From a virus (lineage: Duplodnaviria; Caudoviricetes), in IMG/VR virus record IMGVR_UViG_3300027852_000047, positions 1 to 51,829 of that record: a DNA stretch of 51,829 nucleotides. One strand, 5' to 3'. This document shows positions 37,718-46,265 of this stretch, piece by piece. The translations under genes were made by a program, and so were the position numbers. Under the pieces are notes generated by a model. It was not told the origin of the DNA. It worked only from the letters and a program-made list of their open reading frames with translations, and made no database searches. Position 1 is the first letter of the stretch. Each line of letters begins with the position of its first letter.

Positions 37718-38192
37718 TGAGTGCCTCCAACTTATCTCGCACATCCTTAAGATGTCCGATCATTTTGTCGATGTTATTGACATCGAACCAGAAATTGTTC
37801 ATCTTGTACAGCGGGGTGTCGGCCTGCACAAAGTTGAGGATCACAGATTTTGAGGATCTACTATACTCTCCAGCCCTGACAGCGATATTGTTTCCACACC
37901 TGCGCACATCGGTGCTAATGGTGTTATGCTCTTTCACCAACTGAGTCAACGTGCCAGCGCTAACCTTCTTCGGCAATCCACTGATGTCGATCATGTCGGT
38001 ACCCTTAGTGCCTCCGCTCAGTTTGCTCTTGGCATCGCGGTACGCAGCCGTGTTTTTGCAAGACTTGCACGTGACTTCAGTAACGTCCGTAGTCGTTTTG
38101 GTGGCATACCCGTAAGTGTACACACCGCAAGGGGGGTTACTGTACCCAACTCCCGGCGCGTCAAAATGTATCTTAGTCGATCTGCTCTTCAT
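37710..38192 (-). CDS. Zn-finger fused to a domain resembling the paralogue family
   Basis: H..C..VTCKSC, then IDISG... and a C-terminal IDKMIGHLKDV helix. Confidence 0.65.
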   Translation of the reverse strand: MKSRSTKIHFDAPGVGYSNPPCGVYTYGYATKTTTDVTEVTCKSCKNTAAYRDAKSKLSGGTKGTDMIDISGLPKKVSAGTLTQLVKEHNTISTDVRRCGNNIAVRAGEYSRSSKSVILNFVQADTPLYKMNNFWFDVNNIDKMIGHLKDVRDKLEALNA

Positions 38193-39000
38193 CCCAAACC
38201 TCCGTCAACCTAGCCCCCATAGAGCTAGGGTCTTGTCCTCTGGGCAATGACAGAATTGACACTGCCCTCCGATCTGATAGCTGGGCCTTCAGCCGAAATG
38301 CTGCAGCTCCGGCATCCTCATCCAACATCACGTGAATACGATCAGTGGCCAGCTGGAGTAAGTCTCGCCGCAAGTAACGTGGCAAGGACTTCCCGCCCAG
38401 CGCAATGACTGGCACGCCAAGGTGCAAGTGCACAGCAATCGCATCCATCACTCCTTCCACCAAGATCCGCACCGAAGCAGGCTCCCAACGCGGGAGGACG
38501 TATAGCGGGTGCCTGCCCGGTGCGGTGATGTACTTAGGGCCTTCTTCTAGGACAGAATAGGCCCGGGACGACCAGTATATCAGCCGTCCGTAAGGTCCGA
38601 AGTACGGGAATAGTACTCGGAGTTGGCGCTGACTCTCAACAAGCCCCAACCTAACGCACGCCTCCGGCGACACGCCGCGCGAGGCCATGTAGTTGATAGC
38701 CCGACAACACAGAGGTTCAAACTCCGGAAGCACCATCTCCGGCCAGTCCCGTACTTCGTTACGCAGAGCCGGGACAAGTTTCTCCAATACTTGCCTACCG
38801 GGGGACGCGGCCTGTAGGCCAACGTCTACCTTACCTCCGCGCTGGTGCTGAGGCGAGTGACAGTACCACATGCCCGTGAGGGGGTTGAGGTACGTCTTCC
38901 AGTTATTAGCGCCACACTCAGGGCAGCACTTGTAGTTGAGTTGGTCGCCGCTCTGGCGATGGTCGCCTACAAAGTCTGCTACTGTGCTGGGTCGCTGCAT
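38173..39000 (-). CDS. DNA primase (Zn finger + TOPRIM)
   Basis: CPEC..WYCH, PKY, LVEGVMDA, ALGG, MLDEDAG. Confidence 0.88.
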   Translation of the reverse strand: MQRPSTVADFVGDHRQSGDQLNYKCCPECGANNWKTYLNPLTGMWYCHSPQHQRGGKVDVGLQAASPGRQVLEKLVPALRNEVRDWPEMVLPEFEPLCCRAINYMASRGVSPEACVRLGLVESQRQLRVLFPYFGPYGRLIYWSSRAYSVLEEGPKYITAPGRHPLYVLPRWEPASVRILVEGVMDAIAVHLHLGVPVIALGGKSLPRYLRRDLLQLATDRIHVMLDEDAGAAAFRLKAQLSDRRAVSILSLPRGQDPSSMGARLTEVWDEEQID

Positions 39001-39139
39001 ATCTTCGCCTCATATCCATAGCCACTACACACCCTGTCAGCATGCACGATGCGCCTGCCCCTGTCGTTACGGTGCAGCCACCGAAGGCACTCATGGCGCT
39101 CTTTGCAGTCCGCATCGTGGCAGCGGCATGTGTCGTGTG

Positions 39140-39286
39140 CTAATGCAGCCATGCGTATATCCCTACGCTACACACAAAGGACGCCGCTATGCACAACACG
39201 CGGCCCTTTCGTGTTTCCGCCTGAGTACTATAGACTGCCCAAAGGACTGTACCTACAGTACACAGACCAGCCATTGCAATATTCAT
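39140..39286 (-). CDS. 48-aa two-TM protein
   Basis: Read manually; two hydrophobic stretches; ATGA overlap. Confidence 0.45.
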   Translation of the reverse strand: MNIAMAGLCTVGTVLWAVYSTQAETRKGRVLCIAASFVCSVGIYAWLH

Positions 39287-39666
39287 CTCTCCACCTTCCA
39301 CCTATCGTACTTGCTGACGCGAGATGCAGTCAGTGGTATAGACATGGTAGTCACAGGGCACTTGCCCCACGGTATCAGCCACCACCGATTCGTCTCTGCC
39401 CTCCACACCGCCAACGTATCGAAGTCGTCTGGATGGTAGTGAAGGTGCCGCCCCGTGCGGGACCGCAGCTCCACCTCCAGATACCTCTTGCCACGCTTGG
39501 TGCGGACGAACCCTCGCTTAACCTGCACACGCTCCAGCCCGTTGCCTCTGTCGATTACATAATCCACAGCGTGGCTTTGCACTGGGGTGTATACTCTCCA
39601 GTTGCGATACAGTGCAGACAGCACGAACTCCTGCTGTGCTACTGCACCTCTGGCGCTAGCCGTCAT
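39283..39666 (-). CDS. PD-(D/E)XK family endonuclease
   Basis: G..A, VYTP...VDYVID, RVQVK, Y...DFD motifs. Confidence 0.75.
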   Translation of the reverse strand: MTASARGAVAQQEFVLSALYRNWRVYTPVQSHAVDYVIDRGNGLERVQVKRGFVRTKRGKRYLEVELRSRTGRHLHYHPDDFDTLAVWRAETNRWWLIPWGKCPVTTMSIPLTASRVSKYDRWKVER

Positions 39667-40019
39667 CCCCGCACCATAGGGTTGGGAATCACGGGCGCAG
39701 GTTGGGACATCTGCACCATGAAGCGCAGGATCGGGTCGTTCATGATCTGCCCCTTGATCTGGGTCAGGGCGAACTCCATCATACCCAGCATCATCACTGG
39801 GGTAGTCCCTTCGGACTCCTTAATGTGGAACAAGCCACCGGGAGACATGGTGATGCGCACTTCGTGCGTCTGGCCCAGCTCCTCCTCAAGGGCTACCGCT
39901 TCTGCTGGGGCGATTTCTGCTTCCCCGTCCAGCGGGAGTTCCATTTGAGTTGGGTCCTTGAGTTCGACTACCTTTTCGGTGTCCTCGAAGGTGTCAGTGT
40001 TGTCAATGGTGTCTGTCAT
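39663..40019 (-). CDS. Acidic hypothetical protein
   Basis: AAGGA RBS; coupled to the next gene. Confidence 0.7.
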   Translation of the reverse strand: MTDTIDNTDTFEDTEKVVELKDPTQMELPLDGEAEIAPAEAVALEEELGQTHEVRITMSPGGLFHIKESEGTTPVMMLGMMEFALTQIKGQIMNDPILRFMVQMSQPAPVIPNPMVRG

Positions 40020-40039
40020 CGTGTTCCTTTCGCTTTGCG

Positions 40040-40225
40040 CTAGTCAAATATCTCAGTTAAGGTACCTATGAGAGTAATAACTAGTCCCACTACACACATT
40101 AGCCCAGCTGCCGCATAACTGGCACCAACAACTGCACAGTGCATGTTGGACGCACTACACTCCAGTACCTCCAACGCTGCTCCGCCCAAAATGAAAAGCA
40201 GCACCCCAAGGATAATTCGCATCAC
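40040..40225 (-). CDS. Two-TM membrane protein
   Basis: Two hydrophobic helices. Confidence 0.55.
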   Translation of the reverse strand: MMRIILGVLLFILGGAALEVLECSASNMHCAVVGASYAAAGLMCVVGLVITLIGTLTEIFD

Positions 40226-40379
40226 ATACTCCGCTTCAACTTGGCCCTACGCCCAGCCTTCATCATCGCCGGGTGCCCATGGTTGCCAGCGGCAGCAAAG
40301 GCACGGCGGCGTAAGTCATAGGCAGCGCAGGACGCATTGTGCTGGCGGTCAGCCCACCAGCGTCTGATTCTGTTGAACA

Positions 40380-40643
40380 TTAGTCCTCCCTAAACTTGTT
40401 GCATTGCTCGATTCCTCTTTGCAGAGCACGGATAAGCACCATTACGTTAACGGGTTCCCAGCCATAGTCGTCAGGCAACATAACGGCCCTACGTTTTATT
40501 ACTACACCCGTACGCTTGGCCGCTACGTCAACTCCGCAGCCCCCGCCGCAGTCCACAGGTTCCTTCGCCCGCTCGTCATACTCAACCAACGCAGCTCTCA
40601 CTTCGTTAGCGTCAGCTTGGCATGTGATCCTGATCATCGTCAT
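40380..40643 (-). CDS. Paralogue pair member (ITCQADANEVRAALVEYD)
   Basis: N-terminus shared with 40640-40903. Confidence 0.75.
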   Translation of the reverse strand: MTMIRITCQADANEVRAALVEYDERAKEPVDCGGGCGVDVAAKRTGVVIKRRAVMLPDDYGWEPVNVMVLIRALQRGIEQCNKFRED

Positions 40644-40903
40644 CCCTCCATTTTGGAAAGAGCCATAGTCAGCGCATCGCGAAGTCTTTTCACATTGCCA
40701 TACGACCAGCGGTGCTCACAGTGTGCATATAAGACACCTTTGTACGTTTCCCTGATAAGGCAGTACTCTTTGGAAGCACTAACTCTCACGTTGCAATGTC
40801 CACCGAAATTCTCCACGGCGTCCTTGGCCTTGTCATAGTCAACCAACGCAGCCCTCACGGCTTCAGCGTCAGCCTCACAGTTGATGGTGATCTTGTCAGT
40901 CAT
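40640..40903 (-). CDS. Paralogue pair member (INCEADAEAVRAALVDYD)
   Basis: First gene after the 40944-40972 promoter; AAGGA RBS. Confidence 0.75.
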   Translation of the reverse strand: MTDKITINCEADAEAVRAALVDYDKAKDAVENFGGHCNVRVSASKEYCLIRETYKGVLYAHCEHRWSYGNVKRLRDALTMALSKMEG

Positions 40904-40943
40904 CTTGGTCCTTTCTGGCACTGGGTGCCTTTCCAACTACTCA

Positions 40944-40972
40944 AGTATAGCACACCTACCGGGACAAGTCAA
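40944..40972 (-). promoter_or_regulatory. sigma70-type promoter
   Basis: TTGACT-17 bp-TATACT with extended TG. Confidence 0.8.
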
Positions 40973-41166
40973 GAGAATTCTTCACCGTCCATCCACATTT
41001 CCATATCCCGTTCTGGGATAAAGACTTCCGCCGTTACTGTTCGTCCCGGCTCTCCGTCTTCGTCGGTAGCTGACACTACACTCACCTTGTCAGGGATTGA
41101 GATGTCTGTCCAGTACTGTACCTTCAGCTGGGCAGCACGTATGTAGTGCTTACGCACGTACTTCAT
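40969..41166 (-). CDS. Hypothetical protein
   Basis: AGGAG RBS; ATGA overlap. Confidence 0.6.
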   Translation of the reverse strand: MKYVRKHYIRAAQLKVQYWTDISIPDKVSVVSATDEDGEPGRTVTAEVFIPERDMEMWMDGEEFS

Positions 41167-41375
41167 GCGTCTCCTCTAGCGACAAGTACCACAGCGTTAT
41201 GGCCTATACCACAAGTTTCAATGATAGACACAAACGCCTCATCATCGTACGCCATAGAATGTCCTAATGATTCGCGTTGCATATTCAACGCAGTATACCC
41301 TTGTGCAGTACACTGAGCCTCCGCAACTCTAGCCATAATCTTAGCAGCTGCCAGCATCTTGTCTCCTTCAGTCAT
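41163..41375 (-). CDS. Hypothetical phage protein
   Basis: G..ALN.QRE..G.S.AYD..AF motif. Confidence 0.65.
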   Translation of the reverse strand: MTEGDKMLAAAKIMARVAEAQCTAQGYTALNMQRESLGHSMAYDDEAFVSIIETCGIGHNAVVLVARGDA

Positions 41376-41565
41376 CCATCTCCCTCTCTTCCCTGTCGTT
41401 CTTCTCTATCCTATCCAATGTTGCACGTAATCCCATGATACGTCCAGCATCTACAAAGGCATTGAAATAACTCTCGTCATCTTGTCTTTGCTCTGTATCG
41501 TCTACGTACCCTAGGCTATTAAGTCCTATATTGCTTAACACCACAGGTTTAGTTGTATCGCGCAT
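41368..41565 (-). CDS. Hypothetical protein
   Basis: GGGAG RBS; directly after a promoter. Confidence 0.55.
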   Translation of the reverse strand: MRDTTKPVVLSNIGLNSLGYVDDTEQRQDDESYFNAFVDAGRIMGLRATLDRIEKNDREEREMDD

Positions 41566-41598
41566 ATCTATATCTCCCTAGGCCAATGTGTATATTCG

Positions 41599-41627
41599 CG
41601 CGTAGCACATTTTGACCGGGTTGTCAA
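41599..41627 (-). promoter_or_regulatory. sigma70-type promoter (weak -10)
   Basis: AT-rich UP element, TTGACA-17 bp-TACGCG; shares AACACTTGACAA..ATGTGCTAC with the 49725 promoter. Confidence 0.55.
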
Positions 41628-41646
41628 GTGTTATTATTTAAACAAC

Positions 41647-41907
41647 TCACTGGAGCCAACTTCCAGCGTTAGCGGTGGCCAGCCTGCCGATTACTTTCAG
41701 CTGTTCATCTCGATACCGTAGCACCGCGTAATACTTGGAGGCATGTGGCGTACTAGGTGCTGTAACCCGCCAGACCTCCGCCCGACCGGGCGTCTTTCTT
41801 GGGTTGTGAGCGTCCGTTTGTACGCACGTAGCAGCTATGTTTTCTATTGCTGCACGGACTAAAAAGGCTTCGTTTGGTACGACTGGGTGTAGTAATTCGT
41901 TGTTCAT
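41647..41907 (-). CDS. Hypothetical protein
   Basis: GGAG RBS; ATGA overlap. Confidence 0.55.
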   Translation of the reverse strand: MNNELLHPVVPNEAFLVRAAIENIAATCVQTDAHNPRKTPGRAEVWRVTAPSTPHASKYYAVLRYRDEQLKVIGRLATANAGSWLQ

Positions 41908-42113
41908 GTGCGCATCTCCAGTCCAGCACACTTGCTGTGCTTTTTCACACCAAGATCACAATACTCTAGTGACTCGCACCCCATCTCACTACCAAGCTCG
42001 CACACAGGGTGCCCGCCATAGTTGGAGAAGTGGGTACATATTGCATCACCATTACCCAACCAGCAGTACTCCCCGCTGGGCACAGTGATGGGTAACAGTA
42101 CTTCGTGTACCAT
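41904..42113 (-). CDS. Small Cys-rich protein
   Basis: P.G.YCW..CTHF..C...KC pattern; AAGG RBS. Confidence 0.6.
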   Translation of the reverse strand: MVHEVLLPITVPSGEYCWLGNGDAICTHFSNYGGHPVCELGSEMGCESLEYCDLGVKKHSKCAGLEMRT

Positions 42114-42114
42114 G

Positions 42115-42414
42115 TTACACCTTCCTTATTACTTTCATCCGCTGCGCCAGATACCACAGCCAGCCTTGGGCCTTTGGTCTGACGTACTCTTCGTAGTCAT
42201 CTATATCCACCAGTAACCACACCCTGCCCTTTGGAGACAGGTGTGGGGCCACTGGTTGGGCGAGACAGTGCCACCTGGGCCTAACGGCGAAGCCCTTGGT
42301 GGGGTGGCACTCTGCCTTCAGCCATACGCCAAACGGCAGTCGCATTCGCATGTTAATAAACAGAGGCGCGAGGCTACCATCGTGCATGGCTCTTACTAGT
42401 TTATAAGCTAACAT
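42115..42414 (-). CDS. Hypothetical phage protein
   Basis: AYKL..DGSL.PLFIN, HPTKGFAVRP.WHC, APHL, RP..QG..W; probable ATG 42414. Confidence 0.7.
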   Translation of the reverse strand: MLAYKLVRAMHDGSLAPLFINMRMRLPFGVWLKAECHPTKGFAVRPRWHCLAQPVAPHLSPKGRVWLLVDIDDYEEYVRPKAQGWLWYLAQRMKVIRKV

Positions 42415-42520
42415 TACGCTAGAAACCAGCATATTACAAATATAAATGCCAGCGCACACATGCACAGTACAGATTCCCATACTGAAGGGTAAGGATTTGC
42501 GTTGTATTCTCGCATGTCAA

Positions 42521-42967
42521 TCACCTCCATTGGCCATAGTCCGGCTCTTCGTGTGCGTATAGTCGCGTAATGGCTTTCTCATATCGCTTCACCAAAGACA
42601 CAGGTATCTGACGGAAGCGTCCGGGTGCCAAGTGGTCACTCAAGTCCGCTAACTTAACCGTCGTAGCTACCTTATGCAAGGCTACTCTGTCTATATATTG
42701 CCGATACGTCTCGCTCGATAGGCGCGTAAGCACCGTCACTTGGGTAGCGAGGAATGGCGGCACACCTAGACGAAGCAGCTGGGCTTCGGTAATGTACGAG
42801 TCCTCTATGATATCGTGCAACGCACCAACGATGCGTAGTTTGTCACCGTCGAGTGCCAACGCAACCCGCATACTGTGCTCGAAGATCGAGTCACCCGCGT
42901 AGTCTATCTTGTTTGATAGAGCGCGCATTGCTATGCGGTATGCGTCGTGTGCTGTGAACGTGTTCAT
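42521..42967 (-). CDS. HD-domain hydrolase (SpoT/Mesh1-like)
   Basis: H..RVA, ALHDIIED, LTR, VKLAD motifs. Confidence 0.8.
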   Translation of the reverse strand: MNTFTAHDAYRIAMRALSNKIDYAGDSIFEHSMRVALALDGDKLRIVGALHDIIEDSYITEAQLLRLGVPPFLATQVTVLTRLSSETYRQYIDRVALHKVATTVKLADLSDHLAPGRFRQIPVSLVKRYEKAITRLYAHEEPDYGQWR

Positions 42968-43037
42968 GTCCAGATCCTCTTGTGCAAGTCGCGGAGGTAT
43001 ACCCACCACAACTCTAACATGTCACCTAACATGTTAC

Positions 43038-43100
43038 CTACTTCCGCAGCCACCAGAAAATGTCGGCTACGAGAATAGTGAATAGCACTGTGTGAAGCAT
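43038..43100 (-). CDS. 20-aa membrane micro-peptide MLHTVLFTILVADIFWWLRK
   Basis: AAGGAG RBS; last 10 aa identical to the peptide at 50080-50151. Confidence 0.65.
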   Translation of the reverse strand: MLHTVLFTILVADIFWWLRK

Positions 43101-43110
43101 GTTGTCTCCT

Positions 43111-43410
43111 TTAGTAGGCGGGCATGGTATCATGCACACCCTGCAGTTCACTGATGACCCGCGCCAGCTCCCGCTTGTTGGGGTAGGCGTAGTTGTCACC
43201 GAAGTTGGATTCCTTGCGACCCAGATAAATCCGGGGCAGATTATCCGGGCCGGGGCGTTGCACAACGAGGCGCACGCCACACGAAGTAAACCGCGTATTG
43301 ATTCCGTCGTCAAAGGCAGGCTTGATTGCAGCACTGAACCCCTGAGCAGACAGTTGGGCGATGAGGCTGTCAAGATCCACAGTCGCACCGTCGATGGTGA
43401 TGTTGGCCAT
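43111..43410 (-). CDS. Tandem paralogue array member 9 (MANITIDGATV)
   Basis: Conserved I.IDG..V...L..QL..QG N-terminus. Confidence 0.85.
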   Translation of the reverse strand: MANITIDGATVDLDSLIAQLSAQGFSAAIKPAFDDGINTRFTSCGVRLVVQRPGPDNLPRIYLGRKESNFGDNYAYPNKRELARVISELQGVHDTMPAY

Positions 43411-43412
43411 TG

Positions 43413-43724
43413 TTACTCCATTTCCGCGTGAGTCTTCTCCAACTCATCAATAAGGTGGCGCAAGCCAGCCTTGGTATAGTGCTGTCCAGTTCCCCACGAA
43501 ATATCATCAGTGCGTCTGTTGTTGAATATGCTGATGTCCACGGTGTGCATGCAGCTGGGGTCCACGGAGTAGCGCCGCACGCGAGCCTGCGCATTGCCCG
43601 GGGACTTGATGTTCCACTCAGTTATGCATTTGCGCGTGATGGTAGCGTCGTACCCCTGTGCCCGCAGCTGCGTTTGCAGTGCGTCCAGTTCGACAGACGC
43701 CCCGTCGATGTTGATGTTGGCCAT
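43413..43724 (-). CDS. Tandem paralogue array member 8
   Basis: MANINIDGASVELDALQTQLRAQGY. Confidence 0.85.
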   Translation of the reverse strand: MANINIDGASVELDALQTQLRAQGYDATITRKCITEWNIKSPGNAQARVRRYSVDPSCMHTVDISIFNNRRTDDISWGTGQHYTKAGLRHLIDELEKTHAEME

Positions 43725-43726
43725 TG

Positions 43727-44011
43727 TTACCAGTTCCTTTCACTCTTGATGCGCTCCATCTGTGCCATCAGGCGCAGGAAGCGGGTTTTGTCATAAATGC
43801 GCGTGGCTCCCCGATCAAAGTCGGAGATGCGCAGCTCTACGCATTCGGGGTCGGAGGTGCGCTCGTAAGCGGTCAGCCCTGAGTTCATGGCGTTACCACT
43901 GAGAGGCAGGAACGCGGCTTTGATTGTAACGTCAAAGCCCTGCGCCTTGAGCTGGCGCACCAGCTCGTCCTTGTCAACGGCAGCGCCGTCGATGTTGATG
44001 TTGTTGTGCAT
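43727..44011 (-). CDS. Tandem paralogue array member 7
   Basis: MHNNINIDGAAVDKDELVRQLKAQGF. Confidence 0.85.
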   Translation of the reverse strand: MHNNINIDGAAVDKDELVRQLKAQGFDVTIKAAFLPLSGNAMNSGLTAYERTSDPECVELRISDFDRGATRIYDKTRFLRLMAQMERIKSERNW

Positions 44012-44020
44012 GTCGTCCTT

Positions 44021-44326
44021 TTACCAGCCCATTTCGTACTGGATTTTCTGGAGTTCCTTGACCAGTTCGTTGGTGCGTTCCTTGTCCAGTATCGAACAGT
44101 TGTTATCAAACTGCTCGTCCTCGACGTAGTCAGGATCACCGATTGTCATGCGGTATGTGCCGGAGCCGTCTTTTTCAACGGTCATAACGAACGTACTGCG
44201 GTCGATACGTCGCCCTGTTTCCACCAGCCCATAACTGCGCTCGATACTTGCGGTGAAGCCCTGCTCTTTGAGCTGGGCTATGAGCGAATCCCGCTCTACC
44301 GTAGCACCGTCGATGTTGATGCCCAT
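44021..44326 (-). CDS. Tandem paralogue array member 6
   Basis: MGINIDGATVERDSLIAQLKEQGF. Confidence 0.85.
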   Translation of the reverse strand: MGINIDGATVERDSLIAQLKEQGFTASIERSYGLVETGRRIDRSTFVMTVEKDGSGTYRMTIGDPDYVEDEQFDNNCSILDKERTNELVKELQKIQYEMGW

Positions 44327-44335
44327 GTCGTCCTT

Positions 44336-44629
44336 TCACCAGCCCATTTCGGACTGGAACTGCTGAAGTTTCTCGATCAGTGCGGCCATGTCGTGCCTGT
44401 CGGTCAGCACCAGAGCTTCCTCAAGCCCGGCGTCCGGGTCACCGATTGCCATGTAGAACATTTCCTCATTATGACGTTCGGTAAACACACCGATGTCACG
44501 CACGGTGGTCAGCCCGTACTCGGAAAGGTCATGGCGCTTGGCCAGCTCCACTTTGTACCCCTGCTCTTCGAGCTGGCGCACAAGCGAACTCTTCTCGACG
44601 GTCGCGCCGTCGATGTTGATGTTAGCCAT
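44336..44629 (-). CDS. Tandem paralogue array member 5
   Basis: MANINIDGATVEKSSLVRQLEEQGY. Confidence 0.85.
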   Translation of the reverse strand: MANINIDGATVEKSSLVRQLEEQGYKVELAKRHDLSEYGLTTVRDIGVFTERHNEEMFYMAIGDPDAGLEEALVLTDRHDMAALIEKLQQFQSEMGW

Positions 44630-44685
44630 TGTTGGTTATCCTTTCTACTGGGCTACGCGCCAGCTTTGCGTTGGTTGTGCCAACT

Positions 44686-44997
44686 TTACTCGCCCAGTTC
44701 AGTAGCCAGTTCGCCCAGCATGTTCGCCAGTCCGCGCAACTGGTACCCGCTGAAGCACATGTACCCTTCGGGGACAGTGTACCCCATCGCATTGCAGTTG
44801 ATCTGTATGCCTGCCCACTTATGGCTGCACACCGGATCAGAGGAATGAGCCACATTCATTGAGACGCCTTTGTCAGATCGGCGGCCTTCTATGATCTCCG
44901 CTTTCTTTTGAATAGACACCTCGAAGCCCTGCTCCTCCAGCTGAGCCGTGAGCATGTCCAGTTCGACGGTCGCGCCGTCGATGGTGATGTCAGTCAT
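44686..44997 (-). CDS. Tandem paralogue array member 4
   Basis: MTDITIDGATVELDMLTAQLEEQGF. Confidence 0.85.
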   Translation of the reverse strand: MTDITIDGATVELDMLTAQLEEQGFEVSIQKKAEIIEGRRSDKGVSMNVAHSSDPVCSHKWAGIQINCNAMGYTVPEGYMCFSGYQLRGLANMLGELATELGE

Positions 44998-45280
44998 CCC
45001 AGCCCCACTTCTCGTTGTAGGCCGTCTGGAATACGTCGATCATGTTACGGAAATCCTCTTTGTCCAGCTTGGCAATCACACTGAACCCCGCATTTTCGAG
45101 CAGGTGAATGTGTGGGCCGTTACCGCTGAGAACCACCCCGTTGGTGTCATAGTTCTGACTCAACAGGTGATAACGCGGCACCTTCTTATTGATAGTGGCG
45201 TCGTAGCCTTGGGCCTCAAGCTGGCGCATGAGGTTGTCCTTGTCCACGTTGACACCGTCGATGTTGATGCTGTTGTCCAT
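44990..45280 (-). CDS. Tandem paralogue array member 3
   Basis: MDNSINIDGVNVDKDNLMRQLEAQGY. Confidence 0.85.
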   Translation of the reverse strand: MDNSINIDGVNVDKDNLMRQLEAQGYDATINKKVPRYHLLSQNYDTNGVVLSGNGPHIHLLENAGFSVIAKLDKEDFRNMIDVFQTAYNEKWGWDD

Positions 45281-45291
45281 GTGTTCCTTTC

Positions 45292-45588
45292 CTAGGCCAG
45301 TTCGGCCTTGACCTTGTTCAGCTCGCTGATGAGCTGGTCGATGGCGCGGCGGGTCATGGTGTATGTCTTGTCTTTGTTGTTGCCACTGTAAGCCCCAACC
45401 CCAAAATAAATCTGGGCTACTTGCTCACTGTACGGGTGTATCTCCAGATACGAGGCATTGTAAAAGCCCACTACGCGCTTTTCCACGCCCCGTACCTTGT
45501 GGATACTGACATCAAACCCCTGCTCTTCGAGCTGGCGGGTAAGGCTGCCAGTGTCCACGTTGACACCGTCGATGTTGATGTTGGCCAT
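45292..45588 (-). CDS. Tandem paralogue array member 2
   Basis: MANINIDGVNVDTGSLTRQLEEQGF. Confidence 0.85.
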   Translation of the reverse strand: MANINIDGVNVDTGSLTRQLEEQGFDVSIHKVRGVEKRVVGFYNASYLEIHPYSEQVAQIYFGVGAYSGNNKDKTYTMTRRAIDQLISELNKVKAELA

Positions 45589-45603
45589 GTCGTCCTTTCG
45601 GCA

Positions 45604-46227
45604 TCAGATTTCGATGCCCAGTTCGCGCAGCTTCTCCAGAATTTCATCCGTATCGCTGCTGTTCTGGCAGATGACTTCGATTTGCGTCGTCATGTCAGCC
45701 AACTTCTGCAAGTAATCGGTGTGTGCCGACAGCTTGCCCCGGAGTTCCTGTCCCGCATCGGAACAGTACGAAATGTCGAACTGCTGTTCGGGCAGCTCTC
45801 CCTCGCGCACGCAGACGGTGGCCGGATCGACAGCACTGTCTCGCCAAGCGTAGTTGAGATGGAACCCCATCTCGCCCAGCTCATGCTCCACAGCCTTCTT
45901 ACGGTCACGCTTCGGCGCGTTCAGCTCATTGGCTGCCGCGTGCTTATCCAAAATAACCGCCTTGTCAGCTTCGTACTGGTCCCGAAGGGCCTGAAGCTCG
46001 TCACGGTTACTCTTGCGCACAGCCGAAGCGGCATCGTTGATTGCGTACAGCTCGTTGGCCAAGTCGGTAGCGCCATGCTGGCGCGCCAACGCTTTGGTGA
46101 TGTCCGCAGTCGCACGTTCCTTGGTGCGCGTGGCTTCGATCCTCATATTACCCAGCAGGTTGTGTGCGTTGTTGGTCAACGTCTTACGCTGCGTGGCAGT
46201 CGCGTTCTTCTTCTTCTTTTCGCTCAT
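45604..46227 (-). CDS. Coiled-coil hypothetical protein heading the array
   Basis: GGAGGT RBS; 207 aa, helical. Confidence 0.75.
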   Translation of the reverse strand: MSEKKKKNATATQRKTLTNNAHNLLGNMRIEATRTKERATADITKALARQHGATDLANELYAINDAASAVRKSNRDELQALRDQYEADKAVILDKHAAANELNAPKRDRKKAVEHELGEMGFHLNYAWRDSAVDPATVCVREGELPEQQFDISYCSDAGQELRGKLSAHTDYLQKLADMTTQIEVICQNSSDTDEILEKLRELGIEI

Positions 46228-46265
46228 ATTACACCTCCCTTCGAGCCGTTAGGGTTTGGCGCATG

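Noticed and set aside
43111-45588. Periodic repeats as a CRISPR array or DGR
   Set aside because: The period is ~300 bp, the repeats are coding gene starts, and no reverse transcriptase or adenine-specific TR/VR pair was seen.
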